Source: an uncultured Ruminococcus sp.
GTDB taxonomy: Bacteria; Bacillota; Clostridia; Oscillospirales; Acutalibacteraceae
Assembly: GCA_902771755.1 (NCBI GenBank)
Contig: CACXYD010000002.1
Span: 912-64,911, forward strand
Reading direction: 5' to 3'
DNA length: 64,000 nt
This document shows, piece by piece, positions 62,949 to 64,000 of this stretch. Both the position numbers and the translations under genes were made by a program. A model generated the notes under the pieces. It was not told where the DNA came from. It saw nothing but the letters and a program-made list of their open reading frames with translations, and searched no databases. The stretch's first letter is position 1, and each line of letters begins with the position of its first letter.

Positions 62949-63302
62949 ATGAAACAGAGAAGTGTAGGTATTGCAATTCTTCTTACAATCATCACTTGCG
63001 GTATTTATGGAATTTACTGGCTCATCATGCTTAATGACGAAACAAACTATGTTTCAGGTCATCAGCAGGACGGCACATCAGGCGGCATTGTGTTCTTGCT
63101 CACACTTGTAACTTGCGGTATTTACGGAATTTACTGGTGCTACAAGCAGGGCGAAAAGCTTAATGAAGCAAAGATGCAGAGAGGTATTATGGTTGACACA
63201 AGTGCATCTGTACTTTATCTTGTACTTTCAATCTTTGGTCTTGACATCATTGCTTATGCTCTTATGCAGAGCGAGCTTAACAAGATGCTCCCTCCACAGT
63301 AA
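62949..63302 (+). CDS. DUF4234-like membrane protein
   Basis: Duplicated LT(I/L)(I/V)TCGIYGIYW motif, MQSELN. Confidence 0.85.
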   Translation: MKQRSVGIAILLTIITCGIYGIYWLIMLNDETNYVSGHQQDGTSGGIVFLLTLVTCGIYGIYWCYKQGEKLNEAKMQRGIMVDTSASVLYLVLSIFGLDIIAYALMQSELNKMLPPQ

Positions 63303-63305
63303 GCA

Positions 63306-63704
63306 ATGAAAAAAAGATTAATCAAATTTTCAACGGCTGCGATTATTTTGGTCGCAGCCGGTGTTTTATATTATTGCATTGTATCATTCACAGGGTTTGC
63401 AATTCCGTGCGTATTCCGAAAAATAACGGGACTTTATTGCCCCGGTTGCGGTGTTACGGGAATGTTGACTCATATTGCAAGGCTTGATTTTAAGGGCGCT
63501 TTTGAGTGCAATCAGGTTTTGTTTGTAATCTCACCGTTCATTCTATACCTGCTCGGAAAAATGCTTTACGGCTACATAAGATATGGTAGGCTTACTCTGA
63601 AAAAATTCGACACGGTTCTAACATTTGTCTTGATAGGAATACTGCTTGTTTTCGGAGTTGTGAGAAATCTTCCGCCGTTTGACTTTTTAAGGCCGTATGG
63701 ATAA
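63306..63704 (+). CDS. DUF2752-like membrane protein
   Basis: PCVFRKITGLYCPGCG, C-terminal GVVRN. Confidence 0.85.
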   Translation: MKKRLIKFSTAAIILVAAGVLYYCIVSFTGFAIPCVFRKITGLYCPGCGVTGMLTHIARLDFKGAFECNQVLFVISPFILYLLGKMLYGYIRYGRLTLKKFDTVLTFVLIGILLVFGVVRNLPPFDFLRPYG

Positions 63705-63731
63705 AATGTTGAAAAAATTCTGAAAATAAGA

Positions 63732-63761
63732 AATCCCCGAACATTTTTGTGTTCGGGGATT
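63732..63761. terminator. Bidirectional terminator
   Basis: AATCCCCGAACA/TGTTCGGGGATT stem between convergent genes. Confidence 0.75.
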
Positions 63762-63782
63762 GTTATTGTAATGTTGAAAACT

Positions 63783-64000
63783 TTAGCCGATTTCGTTACG
63801 GTATTCGCTCACGGTTTTGCCCGTCCATATTGCAAAAGCTCTTGAGAATGAACCGATTTCACGGTAGCCAAGCAGAAAAGCAATGTCCTCGGCTGTCATA
63901 TCCGTGTTTACAAGGTAAGTTTTTGCAAGAAGTTCCCTTGTGTGATTGAGCTGTTTCTGAAAATTTGTATCTTCTTCCTGCAATTTTCTTTGAATAGTGC
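63783..64000 (-). CDS. AraC-family regulator, C-terminal HTH (5' part outside window)
   Basis: IAFLLGYREIGSFSRAFAIWTGKTVSEYR. Confidence 0.85.
   Translation of the reverse strand, partial: TIQRKLQEEDTNFQKQLNHTRELLAKTYLVNTDMTAEDIAFLLGYREIGSFSRAFAIWTGKTVSEYRNEIG

Overview
64 kb of core chromosome from a low-GC Bacillota member, probably a gut Clostridia/Oscillospirales (Ruminococcus/Eubacterium-like) lineage; this is inferred from gene order and protein style, not from a search. The window spans the replication origin. It carries dnaA-dnaN-yaaA-recF-remB-gyrB-gyrA on the minus strand and rpmH-rnpA-yidD-yidC-jag-mnmE-mnmG-rsmG-noc-parA-parB-serS on the plus strand, with DnaA-trios between dnaA and dnaN and three perfect parS sites. 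To the left are a T-box-controlled trp operon (no trpF, sirtuin at its end), ddl-murF, an acyl-CoA synthetase, hydE/hydG/hydF split by a LysR/EamA pair, an SPFH/zinc-ribbon/TPM module, hisS-aspS, mreBCD-pbp2, minD-mgsA, dut, a U32 protein, zapA and a GH13 enzyme. No rRNA, tRNA, transposase, prophage or CRISPR-Cas was seen. The most notable unannotated signals are: (1) three intergenic arrays of GTAG-capped REP-like hairpins with covarying stems and nested convergent layout; (2) a complete type I toxin-antitoxin-like locus missed by the ORF track; (3) an origin built from TTTTCAACA-type boxes paired with a DnaA whose box-reading helix is altered; (4) a pseudoknot-capable leader before hydG; (5) a Nif11-like protein coupled to a FliB-family gene. 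All protein identities come from motif recognition by eye; no databases were searched.
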